In this document: positions 49,478-59,535 of the stretch, one piece after another
How positions within the stretch are numbered: position 1 is the first letter of the stretch
Layout of the letters: every line of letters begins with the position of its first letter
Assembly (NCBI RefSeq): GCF_000737315.1
Contig: NZ_JMCB01000001.1
Coordinates: forward strand, 930,001-994,000
Reading direction: 5' to 3'
Source: Hyalangium minutum
Lineage (GTDB): Bacteria > Myxococcota > Myxococcia > Myxococcales > Myxococcaceae
Length of the DNA stretch: 64,000 nt
Program-made: the position numbers and the translations under genes
Notes under the pieces: model-generated
What the model saw: the letters and a program-made list of their open reading frames with translations, nothing else
Databases searched by the model: none
What the model was told of the DNA's origin: nothing

Positions 49478-52420
49478 ATGACGATCGTGGACTTTCGTAC
49501 CGCGCCCGCTCACCGCAGGATCGTCTCACCCCGCTGGCTCATCCTGTGCGCCGTGCTGGCAGCGTGCAGCCCCGCTACTCCTGAAGCACCCTCCGAAGCG
49601 CCTCCCGTTTCCCAGACACAGCCCCTCACCGGGACTCCCGAGCTGTCGCCCGAGTTCGCCGTGAACCCGGCCGCCTCGAACCCCACGCATCAGGAGGGCG
49701 CCGTGGTGGCGGCCGGCAATGGCCTCTACCTCGTGGTGTGGATGGACACCTCCGATACACACAGCCCGGACATCTACGGCGTGCGCATCCGGGCCTCGGA
49801 TGGCGAGCGGCTGGATACCTCGCCGCTGCTCATCGGCACGGGCTCCACCACCCAGTATCAGCCTGCCGTCGCCTTCGACGGCGTGAACTTCCTGGTGGTC
49901 TGGACCGATATCCGCAGCGTCCCTGCCATCTACGGCGCCCGGGTGCGGGCCTCGGATGGCGTGGTGCTGGATACCTCGCCGTTCCTGATCAGCCGCACGC
50001 CCATGGGGCCGTACCAGCTTCCCCAGTTCAGCCCGGCGGTGGCCTTCGACGGGACGTACTACCTGGTGACGTGGCACGGCAATTACTACGAGAACGGCCC
50101 GGTCAGCACCGGCGTGCAGAGCATCCGCGTGCGGACGGACGGCACCTTCATCGACGCCTCCAGCGCTCTGCTCGCCCGGGACGGCAGCAACTCGCGCGTG
50201 GCCTACGTGGACGGCATCTACCTGGTGGCCTGGCAGAAGAACCAGAACGTCGAGGCCATGCGCATCCGCGCCAACTCGATGACCCGGCTGGACACCACGC
50301 CCATCTCCCTGGCGGCGACGTCCGGCAACGAGAACAGCCCCGCGGTGGCCGGGCAGAACGGCGAGTTCCTGGCGGTGTGGATCGGCGCGGACAACGCCCT
50401 GTGGGGCCGCCGGCTGAACGCCGAGACGGGCGCCAAGCTGGGCTCGGCGGACTTCTCCGTGGGCCCGGCGGCGCTGGCCCCGCCTGAGGTGACCTTCGAC
50501 GGCGAGAACTACCGCGTGCTGTGGCAAGCCACCCGCGAGGGGGCTCGCAAGGTGCTGACGACGCGAGTGGCGCGAGATGGGACGGTGGCGGCGGACACGG
50601 AGCTCCTGCTTGCGGACCCCTCCTCCGCGCAGGCCCTGCGCGGGGGCATCGCCGCGGCGGGCTCGAATCTCTACCTCGCTGCCTATACGGCGTACGACAC
50701 CGCGCTCTCCAAGTCCCGCGGCCGCTTCCGGCTCGTGACGGAGGGCCCGTCCAACGTCTCTCCGGAGCTCGCCGTGAGTCTGGCCCCCACCGGCACGCAA
50801 CACCTCGAGACGGCGGCCGCGGCGGGCAATGACCTGTACCTGGTGGTCTGGTCCGAGGTGAATTCCACGTCGGGCAACCGGCCGGACATCCTCGGGGTGC
50901 GCGTGCGGGCCACGGACGGCGCGCTGCTGGATGCCACGCCGCTGCGGATTGGCACCTCGGTGCCCTCGGCGGACCTCTCGCCGGCGGTGGCCTTCGATGG
51001 CACGAACTTCCTGGTCGTCTGGGAGGGCATCGACGCCGTCCCGCTCATCTTCGGCGCTCGGGTGCGGGCCTCGGATGGCGCGGTGTTGGATGCCACGCCG
51101 CTGCTGATCAGCCGCCCGGCCGTGGGGGCCTCCGTGGGCCTGCCCCAGTTGCATCCCGCGGTGGCCTTCGATGGGACGAACTACGTGGTGGCGTGGCAGG
51201 GCCTCTGGTACACGAGCGACTCCGTCGACTCGGGCGTGCAGGCCATCCGCGTGCGGCCGGACGGCACCTTCCTTGACACCAACGCCACGATCGTCGGCCC
51301 GGGCGGTAGCGACGCTCGCGTGGCCTCGACGAACGGCATCTCCCTCGTGGCCTGGACCCAGAACACGGATGTCCAGGCGGCCCGCCTCAATGGCGCGACG
51401 GGGCAGTTGCTGGATGCCTCGCCGCTCTCCGTGGCGGCGACCTCCGCCTGGGAGGTGAACCCTGCGGTGGCGGCCCACAACGGGGAGTTCCTGGTCGCCT
51501 GGACCAGCGGCGCGGACCTGCGGGCCCGGCTGCTGAGGGCCTCGGATGGCGCCCTGCTGGGCACGTCGGACTTCCTCGTGGGTCCGTCCGTTCAGGCGCC
51601 CGCGGACGCGACGTTCGACGGGCAGGACTACCGGATCAGCTGGCAGGCCACGAGGAGCGGGGGCCGCACGCTGGTGAGCACGCGCGTGTCCGCGCAGGGC
51701 GTCGTCGATGCGGACGCGGAGCTCTCGCTGTCGCGGGTGCATACCTCCGCGGGGACGTACCGGGGCAACATCGCGGCGGTGAGCCCGGGCCAGCTCCTGG
51801 TGAGCTACTCGCAGTTCGACGCAATGGTGCAGAAGACGCGCGCCCGGGCGCGGCGGGTGAGCGACCCGCGGCTGGGAAGCGTGCCGCAGATGCCGGAGAC
51901 GTGCAGCGAGGCGGGTGCGCCCATCCTGGTGCTGACCGCGTCCTCGCCGCTGACGCTGGAGTGCGGCTCGGGCCCGTACATCGAGCCGGGTGCGAGGGCC
52001 GTGGACGCGTGCGGCAACGCGATCGAGGTGCACGCGTACAACACGGGCGCGGACTCGTCCGGGCCGGGCCCCAACCTGCGCTACGAGGGCACGTACTCTG
52101 TCTCGTACGCGGCGTGGGACGCGCTGGGCCAGACGGTGACCGCGACCCGGGAGGTGATCGTGGATGACCGGAGGCCGCCGACGCTGACGCTCCTGGGCGA
52201 CGCGCACATGACGCACACGTGCGGCAGCCAGTGGCAAGAACCCGGCTGGCGGGCGACGGACGAGTGCTACGCGAATGTGTCGGCGCAGGTGCAGCGCACG
52301 GGCGAGGTGAACGGCTGGGCAGCAGGCACGTACACGGTGACCTACTCGCTGACGGACGCGGGCGGCAACAGCGCCACGCCGATCACGCGCACCGTGGATG
52401 TCGTGAACTGCCCCTGGTAG
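49478..52420 (+). CDS. paralog of 9881..11734 with a duplicated N-terminal repeat domain and the same DUF5011-like CPW C-terminus
   Basis: LAAC lipobox-like motif, two blocks of AVAFDGxNFLVVW repeats, ends TRTVDVVNCPW. Confidence 0.85.
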   Translation: MTIVDFRTAPAHRRIVSPRWLILCAVLAACSPATPEAPSEAPPVSQTQPLTGTPELSPEFAVNPAASNPTHQEGAVVAAGNGLYLVVWMDTSDTHSPDIYGVRIRASDGERLDTSPLLIGTGSTTQYQPAVAFDGVNFLVVWTDIRSVPAIYGARVRASDGVVLDTSPFLISRTPMGPYQLPQFSPAVAFDGTYYLVTWHGNYYENGPVSTGVQSIRVRTDGTFIDASSALLARDGSNSRVAYVDGIYLVAWQKNQNVEAMRIRANSMTRLDTTPISLAATSGNENSPAVAGQNGEFLAVWIGADNALWGRRLNAETGAKLGSADFSVGPAALAPPEVTFDGENYRVLWQATREGARKVLTTRVARDGTVAADTELLLADPSSAQALRGGIAAAGSNLYLAAYTAYDTALSKSRGRFRLVTEGPSNVSPELAVSLAPTGTQHLETAAAAGNDLYLVVWSEVNSTSGNRPDILGVRVRATDGALLDATPLRIGTSVPSADLSPAVAFDGTNFLVVWEGIDAVPLIFGARVRASDGAVLDATPLLISRPAVGASVGLPQLHPAVAFDGTNYVVAWQGLWYTSDSVDSGVQAIRVRPDGTFLDTNATIVGPGGSDARVASTNGISLVAWTQNTDVQAARLNGATGQLLDASPLSVAATSAWEVNPAVAAHNGEFLVAWTSGADLRARLLRASDGALLGTSDFLVGPSVQAPADATFDGQDYRISWQATRSGGRTLVSTRVSAQGVVDADAELSLSRVHTSAGTYRGNIAAVSPGQLLVSYSQFDAMVQKTRARARRVSDPRLGSVPQMPETCSEAGAPILVLTASSPLTLECGSGPYIEPGARAVDACGNAIEVHAYNTGADSSGPGPNLRYEGTYSVSYAAWDALGQTVTATREVIVDDRRPPTLTLLGDAHMTHTCGSQWQEPGWRATDECYANVSAQVQRTGEVNGWAAGTYTVTYSLTDAGGNSATPITRTVDVVNCPW

Positions 52421-52438
52421 CAGCGGCAGAGGAATGAA

Positions 52439-52482
52439 GGCGGCCTGCCCTTGCTCTCCTCATGAGAGAGGGGCAGGCCGTC
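52439..52482. terminator. hairpin between convergent genes
   Basis: gcggcctgccc...ctctc/gagag...gggcaggccgt imperfect inverted repeat. Confidence 0.5.
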
Positions 52483-52996
52483 GCTCTATCTCATGCGCTG
52501 ATTCCGTGAGTGGGTTCGAGTAGCGCAGGAGGTCCATCAGGTCCTCGGACTTGAGGAACAGGCAGGCGTCGTTGAAGTCCCCTTCGGCAAGCTGGGAGCG
52601 CATCGCCTGGAAGAAAGTCTGGGCCACGGTGAGCGCCTGGTCGCCCGAGATGCGAAGGTGCTCGGCGAGGTCATCCAAGAACAGGTCGCGCTGGAACTCC
52701 TTCGGCACCAAGCGCCTGCCGTGAGCCCGCTCGCAGGTCGCGAAAATCAGGTCGACGTTGCCCGGCAGCAGGCCCCGGATGATGTCGACCTGGTCCAGGC
52801 GCAGGTTGCGGCGGAGGGCACAGAGGATCGCCTGGACCGTCTCCTCCACGTTGTCCGTGAGCCCGAGGCTCTGGAGTTGCCCGCTGCCCCTCAGCGCGTC
52901 GAAGAGGGCCTGGGTCTCCAGCTCGTCCAGCTCGGATTCGGTGATCCCGACACCGGCTTCCTGGGGGGGCTCCATGTTCTCCGCCATGGCACTCAT
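52460..52996 (-). CDS. DUF2267-like helical protein
   Basis: ETVQAILCALRRNL...FLDDLAEHL...VAQTFFQAMRSQL two-repeat helical pattern. Confidence 0.6.
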   Translation of the reverse strand: MSAMAENMEPPQEAGVGITESELDELETQALFDALRGSGQLQSLGLTDNVEETVQAILCALRRNLRLDQVDIIRGLLPGNVDLIFATCERAHGRRLVPKEFQRDLFLDDLAEHLRISGDQALTVAQTFFQAMRSQLAEGDFNDACLFLKSEDLMDLLRYSNPLTESAHEIERRPAPLS

Positions 52997-53115
52997 CTCC
53001 TTGGGCGGTACGCAGGACCGCTTTCTTCAAGGGTGCACACCGGTGGACGGCGGCGCAGCGGAGCCCGGCAGGCCCAGGGTGGCTCTTTCAAGCGCTCCCC
53101 CCGCCCTCGCGGTAG

Positions 53116-53277
53116 CTCTCCTGCTGCGACGCATGGCAGCCATTCGTCGTCGCCAACATCAACCGCCGCAAGAAGGCGGGGAAGGGCTGGCCTTCCAAGA
53201 AGAAGGCCGCCAGCAAGAAGAAGCCAGCGGCGAAGAAGACAGGGGCTCGCAAGAAGTCCGCTCGCAAGTCCTCGTAA
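53116..53277 (+). pseudogene. 3' remnant of a gene with a Lys/Ala-rich (histone-H1-like) tail
   Basis: Frame reads ...AWQPFVVANINRRKKAGKGWPSKKKAASKKKPAAKKTGARKKSARKSS*; in-frame TAG at 53113-53115 and no start codon after it. Confidence 0.45.
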
Positions 53278-53293
53278 TCGGACACAGAGAGCC

Positions 53294-56200
53294 TTACGGC
53301 GTGTACAACTCCGTTACCAAGGCATCCCCACCGTTGGGGTTGAGCCCCCCAGAGACGAGCACCCGCCCATTGGGCAGCAACGTCGCCTGGTGGTAGAAGC
53401 GAGGCACGGTCGTGGTGCCGGCAGGACTCCAGGTGCCCGAGAACGCGTTGTACACGTCCGCGACCGTGCGCAGGCCGCTTCTCCCAAGCCCTCCCGCCAC
53501 GAGCACCCGGTCGCTCACCTGTACCACCGCAGCGAGACTGGAAGCCGAGCTCGCGAAGACGACACCACGCCAGGTGTCTGTCACCGGGTCGTACACCTCC
53601 GCTGAGCTGCCCGCCGTGACGAACACCTGCCCGTTGGGCAGCAGCACCGCCGTGTGCTGGCTTCGCGGCGTGGCCATGGAGGCGACAGGGCTCCAGGTGC
53701 CCGTGGCCGGATCGTACACCTCCGCAGACGCAAGCTCCCCGCTGCCGCCGGAGCCCCCGGCGACGAGCACCTGCCCGTTGGGCAGTAGCATCGCCGTGTG
53801 GTTGGAGCGGGGCAGCGACATGGAGGCCACAGGGCTCCAAGTGCCCGTGGCCGGATCGTACACCTCCGCAGACGCGAGGTACCCGCTGTCGCTGAGTCCT
53901 CCGGCGACGAGCACCTGCCCGTTGGGCAGCACCGTCGCCGTGTGGTTGAAACGGGGCACCGCCATGGGGAACACCGTGCTCCAGGTGCCCAGCACCGGCG
54001 CGTATACCTCCGCAGACGCCAAGCCCCCATTGGGGCCGTACCCGCCAGTGACGAGCACCCGGCCATCAGGCAGAAGCGTCGCCGCGTGTTCGTAACGAGA
54101 CGTGAACATGGAGCCCACCGCACTCCAGGTGCCGGCTGCCACGTCATACACCTCCGCCGAGGCAAGCAGGCCGCTGCCCCTGTCGATCCCCCCTGCTGCG
54201 AGCACCTGGCCATTGGACAGCGCCGTCGCCGTGTGGAAGAAGCGCTCGGAGGTCATGGCGCCCGTCAGGGCCCAGGAGCCCGATGCCGGAGCGTACAGCT
54301 CCGCCGACGCCGGCCCTAAGGCGAGCACCTGGCCATTGGGCAGCAGCGTCGTCGTGTGCGGGCCAAAGAGCGAGTACGGGTACACAGTAGGGTTGGCGAC
54401 GCTCCACGTGCCGGTCACCGGGTTGTAGAGTTCCTCGCCTGCCCCCCAAGCACTGCCCCCCGTCAAGAGCACGAAGCCACTGGGCAGCAGTGTTGCCGTG
54501 GGCATGGAGTGAGCGGAGTTCATGAAGCCGGCGCTGCTCCAGGTGTCGGTCTCCGGGTCGTACACCTCTGCCAACGTATCGTTAGAGGCGGAGCCGGTTC
54601 CTCCCGCGACGAGCACCCGGCCTCCGGGCAGCACCACCGCGGCATGCCAGTTGCGAGCCACGGTCATGGAGCTCACCTCGCTCCAGGTGCCTGTGGCCGG
54701 ATCGTACACCTCCGCCGAGGAGAGAACGCGACCGTCGCTGGCGACTCCTCCGGTGACGAGCACCCGGCCATCGGTGAGCAATGTCGCGGTATACAGGATG
54801 CGAGGCGAGCTCATGGAGCTGACCGTGCTCCAAGTCTCGGTCGCCGGATCGTACATCTCCGCCGACGCGACGGGATCATTGAGGCCCACTCCCCCCGCGA
54901 CGAGCACCTTCCCGTTGGGCAGCAGCACCGCCCGGTGGTGCGCGCGGCGCTCGCCCATGCCGGCTACCAGGCGCCAGCTCTCGGTGGCCGGATCGTACAC
55001 CTCCGCCGAAGAGAGCGCGCTCCAGCTGTCGTCGTATCCCCCGGTGACGAGCACACGGCCATCTGGCAGCACCGTCGCCGTGTGGCCGCCGCGAGGGGTG
55101 TTCATGGAATCCACCACCCTCCAGGCGCTGGTGGCCAGCGTGTAGAGTTCCGTCGGTTGCGAGTTGAGTCCCCCTGCGATGAGCACCTGCCCCGTGGGCA
55201 GCAACGTCGCCGTGTGCAGGTTGTGGTAGGAGGCCATGGGCCCCGTGCTGATCCACTCCCAGGCGACAGGCTCACAGCTCTCGCTCACGCCATTGCAGTC
55301 TTCATCCACCGGTGTCGAGCAGTCCTCTGGCTGAGGCAGCTGCTGGCCCTGACAGGTGACGTTGCCGAACAGATCGCACGCCACGGTGCCCGCGCGGCAG
55401 ATGCCTACGCCACGGGTCCAGAGGGCGCCCCCATAGCAGGGCTGGCCCTGGTAGTCGGAACAGCTGCAGCCCTCATTCACCGCCCCATCGCAGTCTTCAT
55501 CAAAGGGCCGCTGGCACGTCTCCGCCGCAGGCAGCACCTCCCCCAGGCAGGCGCTCCACTCCGTGCCGAGGACGTTGCACTGCCGGCGCCCGGCCCGGCA
55601 CAGCCCCTGGCCCGCGGTCCCCGCGGGGCCCGAGTACGGGCAAAGCTCATAGGCCCCTGGCGTGCAAATGGGCGCTGTCACGACGAGTTGCACCTCGGCG
55701 CAGGGGCCGCTGCCGCAGATGGCCGCCTGCGGAGAGCCTGTGACCGTCGCCATCGAAGACAGAGGGCCGTCCCGGCCGGCGTAGACGGTGGCCGTGTGGC
55801 CGCGCTTGATCTCGACGCACGTACGGCCCCCCGCGCCGGTGTACCGGGGCGAGCTGTTGCCCGAATAGGTGACCCCCTCGGCGAAGACCTGGGCACCCGC
55901 GACAGGGGCCCCCTGCTCGTCCACCACGCGCACGTCGACACAGCTCTTGTCCGTCCAGGGCGCATCACAGTTCCACCAGGTGAAGTGGCGCACCTGGACG
56001 ACCCAGGCCAGCCTCCCCGGCTGTGTCTGCGAGGGCTGGATGGTCCCCGCGCCCTCCTCTTTCCACTGGCCCGCGTCCAGATCGAACCACCACGCCGGCA
56101 CGGTGTCGCCCACCTCGAACTGGCTGGCCAGCGCTTGCGGCAGCAGGAACTCCAGCGTCGCGGTCTGTCCCGGCGCCAACTGCACGGGAGCGCCGCCGCT

Positions 56201-57940
56201 CCACAGGCTCACCTCCGCCATGAAGAAGCTCTCCAGTTGCACGCGCTCACCGCCAGTGGCTCGCACTCCCTCCAGCGGGCCCGGCATCAAGGCCATCTGC
56301 GTGGTGGGGTCAATCGGAGCGATGGTGACGTCCACGGTGCCCAAGACAGGCTGTCCCAAGGCATCCACCACGGCGTTGGGCGGCAGGGTGACGCGCACCT
56401 GCCCCGTCTGGAGGACGGCGCCCTGCTCCACCTGGAAGGAGATGGGCGTCGGCAGCGGCAGCAACGTGACCTGGGTGCCCACGTGCGCGCCCTGCTGCAG
56501 CTCTAGCACCGCCGTGCCCGAGGTGAACCCCAGTGCATCCACACGGACGAGCAGCCGCCCCGACTCGAGGCCCTCCAGCAGCAAGTGGCCCGAGCTGTCT
56601 ACCGGGTACACGGCGCCCCGCGCCGACACAGCGGCTCCGGGAATCGAGTGACCCGCCTCATCCACGACCTGCAGGAACACGCTGGTACCCACTGGCTCCG
56701 TTGGCGCCTGGGGCGCGGAGGGCCCCGCGGGGATGTACACCTCCGCGGAGGCCTGATTGCCGGGGCTGAAACCTCCGGCCACCAGCACCCTGCCGCTCCT
56801 CAGGAGCGTCGCCGTGTGCAGGTAGCGGCTCGTGGCCATTGCCCCCGCGGAGCGCCACACACCCTGCGCTGGCTCATACACCTCGGCCGCGGTGAGGGTG
56901 CCGGTGTACTCGTGGAAGCCTCCGGCCACCAGTACCTGCCCCTGGGGCAGCAAGGTTGCCGTGTGCGAGCGGCGTGGCAGGCTCATGCTTGCGCCCACCG
57001 TCCAGCTGCCCGTGGTGGGGTTGAACAGCTCCACTGAAGCGCTCTCCTGTCGGTTGGAGGAGCCTCCCCCCGCCACCAGCACCTGGCCATCCGCTAGCGC
57101 CGTGGCCGAGTGGTAGGCGCGCGCCACCGTCATCTGCCCGGCAGGGCTCCAGCGCCCCGTGGCCAGGTCATACACCTCTGCGGACCGCTGGCTCCCCCCG
57201 CTGCCGTCCGTGCCGCCCGTCACCAACACTCTCCCGCCCGGCAGCAGCGTCGCCGTGTGGTTGCGCCGGGCAACCGCCATCCGCCCCGTTGCGCTCCACG
57301 TACCGCTGCCTGGGTCATACACCTCCGCCGTGGACAGGATGGCGCCCCCGTACTCCTGGTCAGCGCCGCCCGTCACCAGCACCCTCCCATCCGGCAGCAA
57401 TGTCGCCGTGTGGTAGAGCCGCGGCGTCACCATGTTGCCCACGGGCGCCCAGTGACCGCTGCCCGGGTCATACACCTCCGCGGAGATGCCACTGTTCCAT
57501 TCCCTTGCCCCCACTCCGGCGACGAGGACCCGCCCATCGGGTAGCAATATCGCCGCGGCCGCGCGATGCGTGTTGAGCGCATCCGCCGTGCGGCTCCAAG
57601 TGCCGCTGCCCGGGTCATACAGTTCGGTGGAGCGGTTGTAGCCGCCGGTGACCAGCACCCGGCCATCCGCCAGCAGCGTCGCGGTATGCAGCAATCGTGA
57701 GCCGGCCATGGCGCTCGTCGCGCTCCACTGCCCCTCCACGCTGCTGGAGAGCGTGTCGGCGCGGCCCGATGGGCTCTGCCAAGAAGAGAGCTCCTGGCCC
57801 GAGTTCCCGGCGGCGGTGTTGCCACATCCCACGCTCCACAGGCACAGCAGACCCAGCAGCACAACCCCAGGCACTCTCACGGAGGTCCTGACAACATCAG
57901 CAAGACTCCACGACATCGGTACCTGCTCGAGATGATTCAT
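53294..57940 (-). CDS. giant Kelch-repeat lipoprotein with central carboxypeptidase-regulatory-like and Cys-rich (MopE-like) modules
   Basis: SVGC lipobox-like motif; about 18 Kelch repeats (R..HTATLL.DGRVLVxGG...AEVYDP...W); HFTWWNCD; [12 protein letters not shown]. Confidence 0.92.
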   Translation of the reverse strand: MNHLEQVPMSWSLADVVRTSVRVPGVVLLGLLCLWSVGCGNTAAGNSGQELSSWQSPSGRADTLSSSVEGQWSATSAMAGSRLLHTATLLADGRVLVTGGYNRSTELYDPGSGTWSRTADALNTHRAAAAILLPDGRVLVAGVGAREWNSGISAEVYDPGSGHWAPVGNMVTPRLYHTATLLPDGRVLVTGGADQEYGGAILSTAEVYDPGSGTWSATGRMAVARRNHTATLLPGGRVLVTGGTDGSGGSQRSAEVYDLATGRWSPAGQMTVARAYHSATALADGQVLVAGGGSSNRQESASVELFNPTTGSWTVGASMSLPRRSHTATLLPQGQVLVAGGFHEYTGTLTAAEVYEPAQGVWRSAGAMATSRYLHTATLLRSGRVLVAGGFSPGNQASAEVYIPAGPSAPQAPTEPVGTSVFLQVVDEAGHSIPGAAVSARGAVYPVDSSGHLLLEGLESGRLLVRVDALGFTSGTAVLELQQGAHVGTQVTLLPLPTPISFQVEQGAVLQTGQVRVTLPPNAVVDALGQPVLGTVDVTIAPIDPTTQMALMPGPLEGVRATGGERVQLESFFMAEVSLWSGGAPVQLAPGQTATLEFLLPQALASQFEVGDTVPAWWFDLDAGQWKEEGAGTIQPSQTQPGRLAWVVQVRHFTWWNCDAPWTDKSCVDVRVVDEQGAPVAGAQVFAEGVTYSGNSSPRYTGAGGRTCVEIKRGHTATVYAGRDGPLSSMATVTGSPQAAICGSGPCAEVQLVVTAPICTPGAYELCPYSGPAGTAGQGLCRAGRRQCNVLGTEWSACLGEVLPAAETCQRPFDEDCDGAVNEGCSCSDYQGQPCYGGALWTRGVGICRAGTVACDLFGNVTCQGQQLPQPEDCSTPVDEDCNGVSESCEPVAWEWISTGPMASYHNLHTATLLPTGQVLIAGGLNSQPTELYTLATSAWRVVDSMNTPRGGHTATVLPDGRVLVTGGYDDSWSALSSAEVYDPATESWRLVAGMGERRAHHRAVLLPNGKVLVAGGVGLNDPVASAEMYDPATETWSTVSSMSSPRILYTATLLTDGRVLVTGGVASDGRVLSSAEVYDPATGTWSEVSSMTVARNWHAAVVLPGGRVLVAGGTGSASNDTLAEVYDPETDTWSSAGFMNSAHSMPTATLLPSGFVLLTGGSAWGAGEELYNPVTGTWSVANPTVYPYSLFGPHTTTLLPNGQVLALGPASAELYAPASGSWALTGAMTSERFFHTATALSNGQVLAAGGIDRGSGLLASAEVYDVAAGTWSAVGSMFTSRYEHAATLLPDGRVLVTGGYGPNGGLASAEVYAPVLGTWSTVFPMAVPRFNHTATVLPNGQVLVAGGLSDSGYLASAEVYDPATGTWSPVASMSLPRSNHTAMLLPNGQVLVAGGSGGSGELASAEVYDPATGTWSPVASMATPRSQHTAVLLPNGQVFVTAGSSAEVYDPVTDTWRGVVFASSASSLAAVVQVSDRVLVAGGLGRSGLRTVADVYNAFSGTWSPAGTTTVPRFYHQATLLPNGRVLVSGGLNPNGGDALVTELYTP

Positions 57941-58233
57941 ATTCTACCTGACCTGGGGTGGACGGCCTGCAAGCCTCGGAAGATCCACTCTCGTGGAGCG
58001 CATGCAGACAAACATGGCATCAAATGACCGGGAGCTCATAGGCTCAGGGCGCGTCAATCGCCCAAGGGGGCGGCGCCGCAGGGTGATGACGACGTAGCCC
58101 ATGCATCGCAACGCGCTCTCCGTCTCGCGGAGTTCTCGGACTACACGCGCGAGCGGCTGGCCTTGCTGGACGAGCTGACGCCTGACCAGGTCCGCGCCAC
58201 CTACGACGAGGTGCACGCGCGCCGCTACGACAC

Positions 58234-58481
58234 TCAATCCAGAGGGTCCTGCTCGCTGCTGAGTCCCGTCCACAGCCGGAGGGCGTCTCGGGCTGGCTGG
58301 AACTGCCTCTGCAGCTCTGCGGGCAGCCGGTCCAGCCAGCCCGTGCCCGGCGGGGAGATCAGCCGGCGCTCCCTGGCGGCCACGAGCACGTCCGCGTAGC
58401 GCATCAGCCCCAGCCGTTGAACTGGGGGCTCCAGTACACGGGGTTCTCGGTGCGCAACCGGCTCAGGAGGGCGGCGGACAT
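58234..58481 (-). pseudogene. frameshifted 5' fragment of a cytochrome P450
   Basis: LSRLRTENPVYWSPQFNGW /frameshift ~58408/ LMRYADVLVAARERRLISPPGTGWLDRLPAELQRQFQPARDALRLWTG aligns by eye with the N-terminus of the P450 at 12626..13846 (YRQLQETEPAYFSEAWNAWLLTRYAD...DRRL...). Confidence 0.65.
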
Positions 58482-58517
58482 GCGCGGAGCACGAGTAGAG
58501 GGCTCGTGCTCCGCGCA
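58481..58517. terminator. perfect 15-bp hairpin downstream of the peptidoglycan hydrolase gene
   Basis: tgcgcggagcacgag-tagaggg-ctcgtgctccgcgca. Confidence 0.65.
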
Positions 58518-58525
58518 GCGCTCAC

Positions 58526-59380
58526 TCACTTCTCAATGTGGATGTGGGGACCGCCCCAGACCTTCTGTCCCGCCGGGCGTGTCCGCTCGTCACGCACGGT
58601 GTAGCCAGCCGCCCGGGCATCGGCCATGAAGGCATCGATGCGCGCCTTCGACACGTCGCGGGTGCGCACGTCGATCGCCCGCCCCTGGTAGTGCTTCGAG
58701 CGGGTGTTGTGCTTTCCGCCCGTGGTCGAGGTAACGGTCAGGCCGTGCTCTCGCGCGAGCCGTGCCATGCCCTCGAACGGCCGGCCCGTCGTCGGCTCGG
58801 TGCTCACAGCTTGGGTCTTGGTGTTCTGCGCAAAGCGTGAGGTGCCGTTGAGGGCCGAGAAGGTCCGCTGCCCCACCACGCCATCCGCCTTGAGTCCCAT
58901 CGAGCGCTGGAAGTCGCGAACGGCCTTCTCCGTGCGGGGGCCGAACTTCCCGTCACTCACTCCAGGATTGAATCCCGCCGACCGCAACCGATCCTGCACC
59001 GCCCGAACGCTCTCGTTCGCCGTTCCCTTGCGGAGCGAGCCGCTCGTGTAGCCGGCCACGCTCGCCCGATCGGCGGCCCGGGCCGCAGCCATCGAGTTCT
59101 TCGAGGAGAAGCTGCTCTCGGCGGAATACCCCTTCACGCTCGCCCGGTCCGCCGCTCGCGCAGCGGCCATCGAGCCCGTCTTCGAAGTCGAGCCAGACTT
59201 CGAAGTTTTGCTGTCAGCGGAATATCCGCTCACGCTCGCCCGGTCCGCCGCCCGCCCGGCAGCCATGCTTCCGCTGCTGCTTTTCGACGCACCTGTACTG
59301 CCGCTTGACGCACCTGTGCTGCCGCTTCTCGACGCACCTGTGCTGCCGCTTCTGGACGAACCCGCACCGCTGACGGACAT
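58526..59380 (-). CDS. peptidoglycan-binding domain plus M15-like Zn peptidase, with low-complexity repeat N-terminus
   Basis: LRKG...VRAVQDRL...DGKFGPRTEKAVRDFQ...GLKADGVVG (PG_binding_1); HNTRSKHYQGRAID...HIHIE. Confidence 0.85.
   Translation of the reverse strand: MSVSGAGSSRSGSTGASRSGSTGASSGSTGASKSSSGSMAAGRAADRASVSGYSADSKTSKSGSTSKTGSMAAARAADRASVKGYSAESSFSSKNSMAAARAADRASVAGYTSGSLRKGTANESVRAVQDRLRSAGFNPGVSDGKFGPRTEKAVRDFQRSMGLKADGVVGQRTFSALNGTSRFAQNTKTQAVSTEPTTGRPFEGMARLAREHGLTVTSTTGGKHNTRSKHYQGRAIDVRTRDVSKARIDAFMADARAAGYTVRDERTRPAGQKVWGGPHIHIEK
59046..59351 (-). repeat. coding repeats: SMAAxRAADRASVxGY x3 and SGSTGAS x3
   Basis: Repeated acgctcgcccg units and gacgcacctgt(g/a)ctgccgctt units. 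Confidence 0.8.
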
Positions 59381-59535
59381 GAAGTGCTCCTAGAGGGGAG
59401 AAGGCGCGTCCGGGGGGCACGCCGTCCCTGTCGTACCCACATTCTCGTACGAGCAGTGAAAAGAGTTGCCGCCAAATCACACGGAGTGGCTTCTCCCAAA
59501 GGAGAATGGCGTTGAGCGCGTCCTATGCTCGCGGC

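Noticed and set aside
49526-52237. 903-aa antisense ORF (and similar long shadows: 31658..33853, 28849..30921, 40990..43029, 37918..40254, 18632..20518, 54356..56506)
   Set aside because: They lie opposite well-supported genes. High GC3 on the coding strand suppresses stops on the antisense frame, and the translations are Arg/Gly/Ala-rich with no motifs.
57944-58500. Insertion sequence or transposase remnant
   Set aside because: No DDE motifs, terminal inverted repeats or target duplications were seen. The fragments are better explained as a P450 remnant plus an unknown gene.
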